Source: a virus
Taxonomy: Duplodnaviria > Caudoviricetes
DNA length: 64,000 nucleotides
Direction: 5' to 3' (one strand)
IMG/VR virus record: IMGVR_UViG_3300030330_005471
Shown: in pieces, positions 37,917-47,111 of the stretch
Layout of the letters: each line of letters begins with the position of its first letter
Numbering within the stretch: the first letter of the stretch is position 1
Notes under the pieces: generated by a model
The model's input: only the letters and a program-made list of their open reading frames with translations
Told to the model about the DNA's origin: nothing
Database searches by the model: none
Program-made: the position numbers and the translations under genes

Positions 37917-38655
37917 TCGATACAATCGAACATTATTTTTATATAATGATCAGATTGGTAGGGTTAGTTATGTTGACCATATGGGTTCTGACCTTACCAT
38001 CGTTAATAGTGCTAGGGTCAGCTTTGGTAATACAAAAGATGAACTTGATGATAGGGATAAACGATTGGTTAAATATCTCGTTAAGCACAAGCACACTTCA
38101 ACATTTGAGCACAACGTTGTTACTTTTAAATTTGTCGTGCCTCTCTTTATACGTTCTCAGCACCACCGACACCGTACGTGGTCTTATAACGAGATATCGA
38201 GAAGGTATACAGATAAGGGCATGGAATTCTATTTACCGAGAGTATTTAGAACCCAACATAAAAGCAACCGACAAGCATCAAACCCCGAAGACTTGATAGA
38301 CCCAAAGGCATGGCCAGAAGACAGTATTTTGGCAAAAAGCTCATTGACGATGTCCGATCTTTTACGCATCAGAACAAACGAGTGTCTTGGCACATATAAC
38401 GACATGATAGAGCGAGGAGTATGCCGAGAACAAGCAAGAATGGTTCTCCCTCAGAATCTATATACAGAATACTATGGAACTTGCAATCTTTCGAATCTAC
38501 TTAAATTTATAGACCTTCGCACCCATGAGGGTGCTCAGTGGGAGATTCAAAAAGTTGCAGAAGCATGTTTGGAAATTGCTAGCGACTTGTGGCCTGTGGC
38601 TGTTGAGTCGTATCGTGACATCAAACATGGAAGAATTTCAGAAAGCACCACCTAA
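37909..38655 (+). CDS. thyX: Flavin-dependent thymidylate synthase
   Basis: SARVS, HTSTFEH, QHHRHRTWSYNEISRRY, REQARMVLP, LRTHEGAQWEI. Confidence 0.96.
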   Translation: MSDRYNRTLFLYNDQIGRVSYVDHMGSDLTIVNSARVSFGNTKDELDDRDKRLVKYLVKHKHTSTFEHNVVTFKFVVPLFIRSQHHRHRTWSYNEISRRYTDKGMEFYLPRVFRTQHKSNRQASNPEDLIDPKAWPEDSILAKSSLTMSDLLRIRTNECLGTYNDMIERGVCREQARMVLPQNLYTEYYGTCNLSNLLKFIDLRTHEGAQWEIQKVAEACLEIASDLWPVAVESYRDIKHGRISESTT

Positions 38656-38908
38656 ATTTAAACTCGGAGACTTGGTTAAAATTCGAAACCTCGGTCTCTT
38701 ATTTGCTCAATATGAAGGTGCTCAAGCTGAATATGGCTTGATAAGTTGCGAAGCATATCATTATACAAAATCAAGCACCAAAGACTTACTTCTTTTTGGT
38801 TGGTGGACTTATGACGTTTTAATAGATGGACAACTAATTAAGATGATGCCAGAAACATTTTTAGAAGAGGTAAAAGTAGATGAAAATAAGGATACTGAGA
38901 GAGAGTAA
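38627..38908 (+). CDS. Small KOW/SH3-like hypothetical protein
   Basis: PKFKLGDLVKI..YGLI..YDVLI. Confidence 0.55.
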   Translation: MEEFQKAPPKFKLGDLVKIRNLGLLFAQYEGAQAEYGLISCEAYHYTKSSTKDLLLFGWWTYDVLIDGQLIKMMPETFLEEVKVDENKDTERE

Positions 38909-39944
38909 GGTACCTATAACAACAGGTCGATATCTTCAAACTCAAGCAAAACAAGCAGTTGGTGATTTCTCCCATGCACCAGAAGAAGTTCAAAGCTCTA
39001 GAATGGAAATAGCTATGAATATAGATAGATTTCTTCAAAGACCATTCGTCACAGTTGGGGACGAGTTTGAAGAGCCCGATGGTTCGGTAACAACCATCAG
39101 CAATCCAAAAGAAACGAATCTTCTTCTTTATGTATACAGAGGTGTTGATGAAGAAGGAAATTTACAACAAAAAGAAGACGTATCAGCAGTCAACAGAGAA
39201 CTTGATGAAAGAGTTAACCATTTTTTAATGTCATTAAGTCCGTTTGAAAAGAAAGTGTTGGCTTCGGATATAGATTTTATAATCAAAAGCATGGCTGACG
39301 AACGCTCCGAAGAACAAGAACAAACACACCAGTCAACACACATGTTAGCAAATGCTCCCGGACACTTTGATGATTACGTTTTTGCAACAAGAACCCGCTC
39401 AGTCTACAAAGACACCCGAGCCGGTAAAGATTTTATGCTCAAGAAGACACCCGAGCTGAAAAACATCCCAGAACAACACCACTTTTTATTCTCAATGGAA
39501 AACTTGATGGAAAGAGTAAAGCAAGGACTCAACCAACAACCAGATCCTGAGATTCCACCTCTAGATGATGTTGGGTATGATGCGAACTATCGTTTGGGCA
39601 CCAGAACGGAACAAATAGAGAAAGAGCAAAAACGCGAAGCTTCTGATTCTGATAAAGCTCTTGCCAAGACCGTTCAAAATTTGTTTATGATAACATACAC
39701 CAATCCTGCTTCTTGGGTATTGAAAATGAGCGATCAAGATCAGTTGGAGTTATTTGGTCCTTATTTCGAAGCCTTGCTATACAAGATAAAGGATAGACTA
39801 GACAACGCTGAGTATCCCAAAGAGTTTTTTGAACTCGAGAAGATAGCTGACAATGTTCCTTTGGTATTTTTTGACAAATACGAAGAAGCATTGGAATCAT
39901 ATATAGCTGGTATAGAAGCTTACGGATTCGAGCCGGAAGATTAG
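38880..39944 (+). CDS. Acidic hypothetical protein, candidate internal head protein
   Basis: MKIRILRES start; CTAATTAA at 38834. Confidence 0.5.
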   Translation: MKIRILRESKVPITTGRYLQTQAKQAVGDFSHAPEEVQSSRMEIAMNIDRFLQRPFVTVGDEFEEPDGSVTTISNPKETNLLLYVYRGVDEEGNLQQKEDVSAVNRELDERVNHFLMSLSPFEKKVLASDIDFIIKSMADERSEEQEQTHQSTHMLANAPGHFDDYVFATRTRSVYKDTRAGKDFMLKKTPELKNIPEQHHFLFSMENLMERVKQGLNQQPDPEIPPLDDVGYDANYRLGTRTEQIEKEQKREASDSDKALAKTVQNLFMITYTNPASWVLKMSDQDQLELFGPYFEALLYKIKDRLDNAEYPKEFFELEKIADNVPLVFFDKYEEALESYIAGIEAYGFEPED

Positions 39945-39952
39945 GAGGAAGT

Positions 39953-40759
39953 TTGGATAAATTATTTTTCGACAAAGTTGTTGTTGGTGGTTCTCTAACC
40001 GCTGTTCTTTATGCTTATAAAAATAACCTTCCTATAATAGTTGATATTCCTCACATACCTTTTCAACTTGATTTGTGCCCTGATCATTGGGATTTATCAT
40101 TTATTGGCTTTTCTAACAAAACGAGACATAGAAAGAGTCAAGTATGGGACAGATTGCTCTTTATAATGTCAATGGCTGGTCTTGTGGTCTTTCCAAACAA
40201 TATACAAACGTTCAGATTTCAAGATAATGAAATAACAATAATAACACTGGATAACAAGAAGATTGAAGTATCGTTTAATCAGGTTGTAGAGTTTGATAAA
40301 GAAAAGACCGATGAAATAGTACTATATGACTGGTTTGCAGTCAGATCTGGTGCAAGGCACAAGTTTAACGCCTTGGCAGACCCAACATCAGAGTTCTGTC
40401 ATACACTGTTGTTTCACCCATCGACCAGAAAGGCAACTAGAAACGATGTGAAAGATGTTTGTGCGATATCAACCATTTCAGAAAAAGACGTCGATGATGC
40501 GTATTACTCAGAGACATATGCCAGACTGAAAACATTAAGAATGATGAAGGAAGCAGGAATCCGAGGTCAATCAAATGGTTATAACAAACATGGAAAACAG
40601 CTTCACTATGCTGTAAAAATAGAACATATGTATCGAGAGATATACTACAAATACAACAATGGTTTTTCAATAGAAGAAATACTTAAAACAGATTTAGATA
40701 AACGGAGTCAACTTTGGAAATTAACTCAAAACCTCATAATACAAACTCTTACCACTTAG
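39953..40759 (+). CDS. Protein with degenerate Rossmann (FAD/NAD-binding-like) N-terminus
   Basis: FDKVVVGGSLTAVLYAY; GGAGG before TTG start. Confidence 0.45.
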   Translation: MDKLFFDKVVVGGSLTAVLYAYKNNLPIIVDIPHIPFQLDLCPDHWDLSFIGFSNKTRHRKSQVWDRLLFIMSMAGLVVFPNNIQTFRFQDNEITIITLDNKKIEVSFNQVVEFDKEKTDEIVLYDWFAVRSGARHKFNALADPTSEFCHTLLFHPSTRKATRNDVKDVCAISTISEKDVDDAYYSETYARLKTLRMMKEAGIRGQSNGYNKHGKQLHYAVKIEHMYREIYYKYNNGFSIEEILKTDLDKRSQLWKLTQNLIIQTLTT

Positions 40760-41625
40760 CCGGTATTGTTCCTTGTGCGGGACAACCCTTAGACTTTGGC
40801 ATGGAATGGCCAGACTTTATGATGCCAGTAGCAGCAAATTATACAATGCTCGAGGCTGCCATATATGAGTGTGCATATGCCGGATGTGAAACGATATGGG
40901 TTGTCCTACATGCAGATACCGCACCATTTGTAAGATACCGTATCGGAGACTTTATTCAAGATCCTGTTTGGGCGTTTAGAAAACACGACCCATATCCTGA
41001 CGAGTCGAGACGAAGGATACCGATATTTTACGTACCAATACACCCGAAAGATAGAGACCGAAGAGATTGCCTCAGTTGGTCAGTCATCCAAGGAGCACTA
41101 ACTTGTCTCAAGGTGTCTTCAAAGCTCTCTAAGTGGTTAATACCGGATAAGTATTGGGTATCTTTTCCATATGGAATATTCAATCCATCTGAGATAAGAG
41201 AACATAGGGGTAAAATCTCTTCTGACAAAAACTTTTATATCACATACAAAGGTCAAGCCATGAATGAGAATAATTTCACTTCGTTCTCGTTTGGTAAAGA
41301 CGAGTTCATTCGATATCGACGCAATATACGAACAGGAACCGGAATGTATGCCGATGGTGAATATAATGCTTCCGGAGCTCCATCAAGAGTATTACCAACT
41401 ACAGAACAATACTCCGCCAGATGGTTTGACCTTAAATATGTGTTTACAGAACTAGATATAACACCGGACAATTCTTATGAGCCAAAAGAATTTTTTAATC
41501 TCGGATCATGGGATGATTATAGAAACTATTTATCTTCGGAGTACTCGCGTTCTGTTAAGAGACCACATGAAAGAATAATAAAATATTCAGAATTTCAAAG
41601 AATTGCACTTGACAGAACAGACTAA
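40714..41625 (+). CDS. Sugar-phosphate nucleotidyltransferase-like protein
   Basis: LAGIVPCAG..PDFMMPV..MLEAAIYECAYAGCETIWVV; C-terminal FFNLGSWDDY. Confidence 0.6.
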   Translation: MEINSKPHNTNSYHLAGIVPCAGQPLDFGMEWPDFMMPVAANYTMLEAAIYECAYAGCETIWVVLHADTAPFVRYRIGDFIQDPVWAFRKHDPYPDESRRRIPIFYVPIHPKDRDRRDCLSWSVIQGALTCLKVSSKLSKWLIPDKYWVSFPYGIFNPSEIREHRGKISSDKNFYITYKGQAMNENNFTSFSFGKDEFIRYRRNIRTGTGMYADGEYNASGAPSRVLPTTEQYSARWFDLKYVFTELDITPDNSYEPKEFFNLGSWDDYRNYLSSEYSRSVKRPHERIIKYSEFQRIALDRTD

Positions 41626-41637
41626 GTGTGTTATAAT
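41609..41637 (+). promoter_or_regulatory. sigma70-like promoter
   Basis: TTGACA-17-TATAAT with TG. Confidence 0.8.
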
Positions 41638-42223
41638 GTCAATAAGAATAAAAAAATATAAAAAACTCTTAATGGAGGTCAAATTCTTTCGAACCGAACT
41701 CGAGTATCAAGAAGAAGTGTTATCTGAATATCATCAGCTTTTCGAAGAGTATTATCAAAGATGGTGCGGCGAGAATGATATTGATTTAAATTCAGTGAAC
41801 AAAGAAAACACAGAGAGGGTAGAAGCAGCAATCAATTCCTCAGAACAAAGGCTGCTTAATATAAACAAAAAACCAGAGAGAAAAGAAGAAAAAAAGATTA
41901 GTAAACTCTACAAACAATTGGCAAAAGAATCTCACCCAGATAAAAATAATGGTGACGATAAAGAGTTTAAAATAATAAACCAAGCGTATGAGAATGGAGA
42001 TTGGTCCATACTATTAGAAAAGGCCTTAGAAAGAGAAATAGAACCAGACAATATTCATGAAATGATTCCATTGCTTAGACAAGAGTCTGAAAAACTTAAA
42101 CAAAAAATAGAGAGAAATAATGGAATGTATTCGTGGAAGTATTATCAATGCGATGAAGACGAAGAATGTAAGACCAAACTAGTTAAGAATTTCTTAAGAC
42201 AATTATTTAAAATGGAGATATAA
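41636..42223 (+). CDS. J-domain (DnaJ-like) protein; start may be 41672
   Basis: LYKQLAKESHPDKNNGDDKEFKIINQAYE with HPD motif. Confidence 0.85.
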   Translation: MSIRIKKYKKLLMEVKFFRTELEYQEEVLSEYHQLFEEYYQRWCGENDIDLNSVNKENTERVEAAINSSEQRLLNINKKPERKEEKKISKLYKQLAKESHPDKNNGDDKEFKIINQAYENGDWSILLEKALEREIEPDNIHEMIPLLRQESEKLKQKIERNNGMYSWKYYQCDEDEECKTKLVKNFLRQLFKMEI

Positions 42224-43134
42224 TGATACTATCAATACTATTAGGGTGCTATGGAGATGTAAGCATCATAAAGAGAGAAGAAGAGCCGAAAGACTCTGCC
42301 ACAACTGTTGTTATAACAGAACCAAGCGATACACAACCAGAACCAACGTTCGAGCCAAGCTGGGAACCATCAGGAGAACCATCATTTGAGCAAACTGAGC
42401 GTAATGGTATATCTGGATATACTTATTTAAAATTAAGACAAGTTGCCTGCCCAGCGTGTATGGGAGAATCTCAAGAGATTTCTATAAATTTTCGAGCCGT
42501 CTTTCACCAGCCATCTTCTGATGGGCACACCCAATGGGTTCCACCAAACGGACAGTGCACAAATAACTTGATATCAACAAGCCCGTCAACAGTTCCTATT
42601 GACCTAGGAGTTGACATATATGTTGAAGGAGAGTACCACACATTTACAGCCAATTCGGTTGGACTTGGAATCTACGAGAACAACCAAATTTGGGAATCAC
42701 AATTAGAAAGGGATATGAGATATGATGTATTTACAAACGAAGGTAACTATAGTTTTGTTTCCTCTCATGGTTTCGATTTTATTGAACCATATACCATGTT
42801 ATGGGTTGACCCACTTTATGCTTTTGAAGCACCAATATTTAGATCAGGTGCAACTTTCACATGGGGACCAACCAGTGCCAACTCTGTTTTTATCATCACC
42901 ACAGCAGTCTACTCTTGGGACGGATCACAATTTCTTGGATACGTTACCTGTGCCGGAGCGGACAACGGTTCAATGACAATCCCAGCTCAATATTTACAAT
43001 CTTTTCAAGCCGGCTCTTTAGTTGCAATTCATCTTGCACGTCATAAAATCGAACTTGTAGAGACTGACATCAACAATTCATATATTGAAACCCATATGGA
43101 ATGGGAAGTCGTAGGTACCGGAACTATTTATTAG
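42223..43134 (+). CDS. Putative lipoprotein with EP-rich linker
   Basis: MILSILLG-C lipobox-like; EPTFEPSWEPSGEPSFE; CPAC. Confidence 0.6.
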   Translation: MILSILLGCYGDVSIIKREEEPKDSATTVVITEPSDTQPEPTFEPSWEPSGEPSFEQTERNGISGYTYLKLRQVACPACMGESQEISINFRAVFHQPSSDGHTQWVPPNGQCTNNLISTSPSTVPIDLGVDIYVEGEYHTFTANSVGLGIYENNQIWESQLERDMRYDVFTNEGNYSFVSSHGFDFIEPYTMLWVDPLYAFEAPIFRSGATFTWGPTSANSVFIITTAVYSWDGSQFLGYVTCAGADNGSMTIPAQYLQSFQAGSLVAIHLARHKIELVETDINNSYIETHMEWEVVGTGTIY

Positions 43135-43152
43135 ATAAAGGAGGAATATGTT

Positions 43153-43275
43153 ATGGAAAATGAAATGTGCGAATGTTGCGATTGCAACAAAGAAGCTTGT
43201 GTGTGCGAATGCTGCTGCCAAGAAGAAGATTCTTTTAATCCTGATTGGATCGATCAGTTGTGGGGTGATCAATGA
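43153..43275 (+). CDS. Metallothionein-like Cys-rich peptide (40 aa, absent from ORF track)
   Basis: MENEMCECCDCNKEACVCECCCQEEDSFNPDWIDQLWGDQ; AAGGAGG RBS; stop overlaps next ATG. Confidence 0.7.
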   Translation: MENEMCECCDCNKEACVCECCCQEEDSFNPDWIDQLWGDQ

Positions 43276-43712
43276 GTTCTGCTTGTCCTATTTGCGAATG
43301 CGATCCATGCGATTGCGGCTGGGGAAACTATTGTGGAACTAAGGAAGGGAAGCTTGATACAATATCTGTCATTGACAAACAATGGTGGGAACAAGATGGG
43401 GATGATCTTATGCACCCCGTCCCTTCGACTTGGTCTCACTATGATGACTGTTTGGAACATATCGAGCAGCTCTGTGGAGCGGGTGGAATTTCACCAACTT
43501 ATACGGGTACTGTGGTATTAACATTCAAGATAGGAGACCCAGTTAGGTATTTCCCAAACTGTAGCCTTACACATGATGAAGGTATCTGGATAGTAAAAGA
43601 TATTATTAATAAACATTCACTAGATTGTTCATGGTTTGATTACGAAATAACAAATGGTCTACAAACAGCTCTTTGTAGACAAGACGAACTAGTAAAACTG
43701 GAGGAAAAATGA
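43272..43712 (+). CDS. ORF with Cys-rich N-terminus and KOW/SH3-like C-terminus (may be two genes)
   Basis: CPICECDPCDC at start; FKIGDPVRY..GIWIV..YEI at end. Confidence 0.45.
   Translation: MSSACPICECDPCDCGWGNYCGTKEGKLDTISVIDKQWWEQDGDDLMHPVPSTWSHYDDCLEHIEQLCGAGGISPTYTGTVVLTFKIGDPVRYFPNCSLTHDEGIWIVKDIINKHSLDCSWFDYEITNGLQTALCRQDELVKLEEK
43333..43521 (+). CDS. Overlapping KOW/SH3-like small protein
   Basis: MELRKGSLIQY..MGMIL..TVW..; GTG start after GGGGA. Confidence 0.45.
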   Translation: MELRKGSLIQYLSLTNNGGNKMGMILCTPSLRLGLTMMTVWNISSSSVERVEFHQLIRVLWY

Positions 43713-44104
43713 AAGAAAAGGAATTTATATGGAAAAGGCTATCAAAATATTTGAACCAAGATAAAAAAGATTTTGTGCTCAAGATATTCTCCAATTGTTA
43801 CGATTATTCGCCGTATAGTGCTTGGGATAAAGTCATCGCAGAATTGGTAAAACTAATATATAAAAGAAAACAGCGGCATGGCAAAAATATTCAAGTTGTA
43901 CAAGTGAAGAGTAAGTTTGGAGGTCTTCGCTTCTATACAGACGGTGATCAAGACGACTATTTACAAGGTGCCATATACATGGCTGAGATTCAATGTTCAA
44001 AGATCTGTCCATACTGCGGATCTGTTGATGAAGAGAGGGAAGATACTGGAAGATTTGTAAAAAGATGTGTTAGATGTGACGAAGGGAGTTTCGAAATGAC
44101 ATGA
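43709..44104 (+). CDS. Phage hypothetical protein with Zn-ribbon
   Basis: VQVKSKFGGLRFY; CPYCG..CVRC. Confidence 0.7.
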   Translation: MKEKEFIWKRLSKYLNQDKKDFVLKIFSNCYDYSPYSAWDKVIAELVKLIYKRKQRHGKNIQVVQVKSKFGGLRFYTDGDQDDYLQGAIYMAEIQCSKICPYCGSVDEEREDTGRFVKRCVRCDEGSFEMT

Positions 44105-44406
44105 CCATCTTGCCTGAAAAACTTATAATTGTTGATGTAGAGGAGCTTCCCTCGGATAAACGACCTAAATATAAGATCGGAGATCTAATACTCATCAGAC
44201 CGGGTTCTGATAAAACAGTTTATGGTTTTTATTTGAAAGATGGCATGGCCGTCATAGCCGAAATATTGCCATATAGAGTTGTTGGTTTTGATTACTACAG
44301 CCCACAACCAATCTATATGATAGAATACAAGGTAAAAAGAGTGGATAAGGACGAATACTGTTATGTTTTGGAAACTTCAATCCAACTAGTCGAAACCGAT
44401 AAATAA
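44101..44406 (+). CDS. KOW/SH3-like hypothetical protein
   Basis: PKYKIGDLILI..GMAVI..EYKV. Confidence 0.55.
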   Translation: MTILPEKLIIVDVEELPSDKRPKYKIGDLILIRPGSDKTVYGFYLKDGMAVIAEILPYRVVGFDYYSPQPIYMIEYKVKRVDKDEYCYVLETSIQLVETDK

Positions 44407-44421
44407 CACACTATTTACTAT

Positions 44422-44628
44422 ATGAGACATAAGGGAAAATACTTTACCGTAATCAAAGAACAGGGCATATTTAAAAATGGAATGGTCTGCTATTGCTTTG
44501 ATCAACAAGAGTCTTATGTCCGAATGTGGTTTCAGAAACCTTTGTTCTCCGACATTCATGAAGTCAAGATTCCAATAGACCAAATGCATTTATTTCAAGA
44601 AAATTACACTTCTTTGCTTGACAAGTAA
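44422..44628 (+). CDS. Hypothetical protein, possibly on a leaderless late transcript
   Basis: CTATTTAC at 44411 ends 3 nt before ATG; no SD. Confidence 0.5.
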   Translation: MRHKGKYFTVIKEQGIFKNGMVCYCFDQQESYVRMWFQKPLFSDIHEVKIPIDQMHLFQENYTSLLDK

Positions 44629-44646
44629 ACCATAATGTGTTATAAT
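44618..44646 (+). promoter_or_regulatory. sigma70-like promoter
   Basis: TTGACA-17-TATAAT with TG. Confidence 0.85.
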
Positions 44647-44675
44647 ACTTTTATAAACAAAAGAAGGAGGATGAC

Positions 44676-44825
44676 ATGATGGATGCATATGTTTTATTTA
44701 TAGTTAGCTATCTTATAGCAGGAATTGGCATAATAGCTTGCATAATGGCATATTTTACATTACCAATGGTAATAAAGACAGTACTTGATTTAGATGATGA
44801 AACTGAAGAATCGGAGAAAGAATGA
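44676..44825 (+). CDS. Small single-pass membrane protein (49 aa)
   Basis: AAGGAGG RBS; MMDAYVLFIVSYLIAGIGIIACIMAYFTLP..acidic tail. Confidence 0.65.
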   Translation: MMDAYVLFIVSYLIAGIGIIACIMAYFTLPMVIKTVLDLDDETEESEKE

Positions 44826-45097
44826 AGATATTTAAAAGGCGAGGACGAATGCCCGAGGTTAAAGTAGCAAAATTTAAATATAAAGTAGGAACAGTTGTCG
44901 AGGTCCAACCATTTTCACTGGGAAGATTCCATAGAACAGCTGTTTCCAAATATAGAGGACAACTCGGCATCGTAGTTGATCTTGGAAATAAGCAACCATT
45001 GATGGTAGATGTTTTATTGTTCTCAGGAAAACACATAACAATAAGAAAAGAATTTTTAAAAATAAAGTTTGACTTATTACCAAAGAAAGGGAGGTAA
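44822..45097 (+). CDS. KOW/SH3-like hypothetical protein
   Basis: FKYKVGTVVEV..GQLGIVVD..VDVLL. Confidence 0.55.
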   Translation: MKIFKRRGRMPEVKVAKFKYKVGTVVEVQPFSLGRFHRTAVSKYRGQLGIVVDLGNKQPLMVDVLLFSGKHITIRKEFLKIKFDLLPKKGR

Positions 45098-45098
45098 A

Positions 45099-45989
45099 AT
45101 GGTAGAATTACATTGTCACTTAGACGGGTCGTTGAGACTCAGTACATTGGAGGATCTCCTCCGCCAAAAAAATTACCAAATACCCGATAACATCAAGTTC
45201 TATCCGGGAATGGGAATAGAAGAAGCACTCTCACGGTTCCAAACAACACTATCGGTTCTTCAAGAACCCGACGCTGTTGAGAGGGTTACAAGAGAGATAT
45301 GTGAAGATGCAAGAGAGTTAAAGCACACTCACACGGAGATAAGGTTTGCTCCACAACTACACAACGGAGCTCCGGTTGAAGAAATCGTTGACGCCGCAAT
45401 TAGTGGACTTGACCATCGCTCCAATCTTATTCTTTGCGGGCTATACGGAGAGCCACCAAGCGTTCTCAATAGTCTAGTAGAGATTGCAAGGACTCGACCA
45501 AGAGTCGTTGGTATCGACCTCGCGGGGGCGCCTCATAACAGCCACAAATATAGTTTAATGGATTATGACGAACCCTTCACTCGAGCGAGAGATTTAGGCA
45601 TCGGAAGAACCGTACATGCCGCCGAAGGGCGTTCGCCCAAGGAAATCGAAGTTGCGATTAATTTCCTCCATGCTCAACGTATTGGTCACGGACTAACTCT
45701 TTTGGAAGACTGGAAGACCCTTGACCTTGTAATGCAGAAAGGAGTAACTATTGAGGCTTGCATAACATCTAACTGGCACACTGGAACCATAACTCACCCA
45801 TCAAAGCACCCAATAAAACAGTGGCTTGACCACGGAGTTAACGTTGCAATATGTGCCGACAACACCCTTTTATCGGACACCGTTCTTCCGATAGAATATA
45901 CGAGAGCTAACCAACAATGTGGGCTTTCGAACAGAGATATCTTGCAATGCAAGATCAACGCAGAACGAGCAATATTCCAAAGGAGGTAA
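45099..45989 (+). CDS. add: Adenosine deaminase family protein
   Basis: ELHCHLDGSL, EIRFAP, GIDLAG, TVHAAEG, RIGHG, CITSN, ADN. Confidence 0.92.
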   Translation: MVELHCHLDGSLRLSTLEDLLRQKNYQIPDNIKFYPGMGIEEALSRFQTTLSVLQEPDAVERVTREICEDARELKHTHTEIRFAPQLHNGAPVEEIVDAAISGLDHRSNLILCGLYGEPPSVLNSLVEIARTRPRVVGIDLAGAPHNSHKYSLMDYDEPFTRARDLGIGRTVHAAEGRSPKEIEVAINFLHAQRIGHGLTLLEDWKTLDLVMQKGVTIEACITSNWHTGTITHPSKHPIKQWLDHGVNVAICADNTLLSDTVLPIEYTRANQQCGLSNRDILQCKINAERAIFQRR

Positions 45990-45991
45990 AT

Positions 45992-46081
45992 ATGAGTTTA
46001 TTGTATATTTTATTTGGCATGGCATCGATTAGCCTATCCGTAATCGTTTATGGACTATACACACAGGGAGGCAAGAGATGA
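45992..46081 (+). CDS. Small membrane peptide (29 aa)
   Basis: AAGGAGGT RBS; MSLLYILFGMASISLSVIVYGLYTQGGKR. Confidence 0.55.
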   Translation: MSLLYILFGMASISLSVIVYGLYTQGGKR

Positions 46082-46416
46082 CAGAAAGAAAAAAGACAAC
46101 AAAAAAGGGAACCGGAACTGGCATTGATGTCAAAGACCGAGAAAAGGAAAAGCATAAGCTTCAACCACCAAAGAAGTATAAAATTGTGTTTCACAACGAT
46201 GATTATACTCCAATGGAGTTTGTTGAATTGCTCCTTATGGATGTGTTCAATAAAAATAAATGGGTTGCCGAAACACTAACCATGTTGATTCATCATAAGG
46301 GAAAAGGCGTTGCCGGTGTATATTCAAAAGAGATTGCCGAAATGAAGCTCAAGGATTGCCATGAGTGGATTAAAACATATCAGCACCCTTTATTGGTGAC
46401 ATTGGAGCAAGAATGA
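46078..46416 (+). CDS. clpS: ClpS N-degron adaptor
   Basis: PPKKYKIVFHNDDYTPMEFV..IHHKGKGVAGVYSKEIAEMK..HPL. Confidence 0.95.
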   Translation: MTERKKTTKKGTGTGIDVKDREKEKHKLQPPKKYKIVFHNDDYTPMEFVELLLMDVFNKNKWVAETLTMLIHHKGKGVAGVYSKEIAEMKLKDCHEWIKTYQHPLLVTLEQE

Positions 46417-46586
46417 ACGAATCAGATCAAAAAATGTGGCTTCTTGTTGACGGCATTGTTAAAAAATTAAAAAGAGCAAGATATTGGACAACATCCGCAG
46501 ATGAATACCATCAAGAGTTTATGAAAGCTCTTTTCTTGCTCGAAGAGGTTTTGAGAATAATCGAAAAAAAAGATAAAAAAACTTGA
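46413..46586 (+). CDS. Hypothetical protein (57 aa)
   Basis: ATGA-coupled to clpS; fills the gap; stop lies in next -35 box. Confidence 0.5.
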   Translation: MNESDQKMWLLVDGIVKKLKRARYWTTSADEYHQEFMKALFLLEEVLRIIEKKDKKT

Positions 46587-46610
46587 CAAATAACACAAAC
46601 GTGTTATAAT
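46583..46610 (+). promoter_or_regulatory. sigma70-like promoter
   Basis: TTGACA-16-TATAAT with upstream A-tracts. Confidence 0.8.
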
Positions 46611-46638
46611 AAAAATATATTCAACAAAGGGAGAAAAT

Positions 46639-47037
46639 ATGAATATTAATATTAACAATCTTGAAAACAAAGTGAAAAGAGAAAACAACTGGGACGAGGA
46701 AACTTGGAATCTCGCTTCCAAAGAATACATGAGGTTTCTCACACTACGTCAGAAGTACCCTTCGGCAACACTAGTTCCGAATGAATTGATTGACGCAGTT
46801 TGGCATGCCCATATCCTTAATACAGAGCAATACCATGCTGACTGTGATCGCCTATTTGGTAAATACCTTCACCATGTTCCGCATCTAGATGATGACGTAT
46901 CTGAAGAGAACGAACAAGGGTACCTTGAGACGCAAGATCTCTTCCAAAGAGAATTTGGAGAACCAATGTACGTCTCACAGGCAGCGAGGTGCCAAGGCAA
47001 ACCATGTCATGCACCAACGCCCTGTCGTTGCAGATAA
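46639..47037 (+). CDS. Glycine-rich-domain-protein (GRDP)-like family protein
   Basis: EYMRFL..LVP..IDAVWHAHILNT..Y..DC..FG.YLHH.P. Confidence 0.7.
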   Translation: MNININNLENKVKRENNWDEETWNLASKEYMRFLTLRQKYPSATLVPNELIDAVWHAHILNTEQYHADCDRLFGKYLHHVPHLDDDVSEENEQGYLETQDLFQREFGEPMYVSQAARCQGKPCHAPTPCRCR

Positions 47038-47085
47038 AAAAAATAAAAAAACCCCTTGACAAACAAGGGGTTTTGTGTTATAATA
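47034..47085 (+). repeat. Promoter direct repeat, copy 1, with inverted repeat over the -35 box
   Basis: 52/52 identical to 49127-49178; aaaaccccttg-acaaa-caaggggtttt; TTGACA 47056-17-TATAAT. Confidence 0.95.
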
Positions 47086-47111
47086 AATATAACAGACAAT
47101 AAGGAGAATAT

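Noticed and set aside
43148-43342. 64-aa ORF MLWKMKCANV...
   Set aside because: The alternative frame 43153-43275 gives a coherent Cys-rich peptide coupled to the next gene
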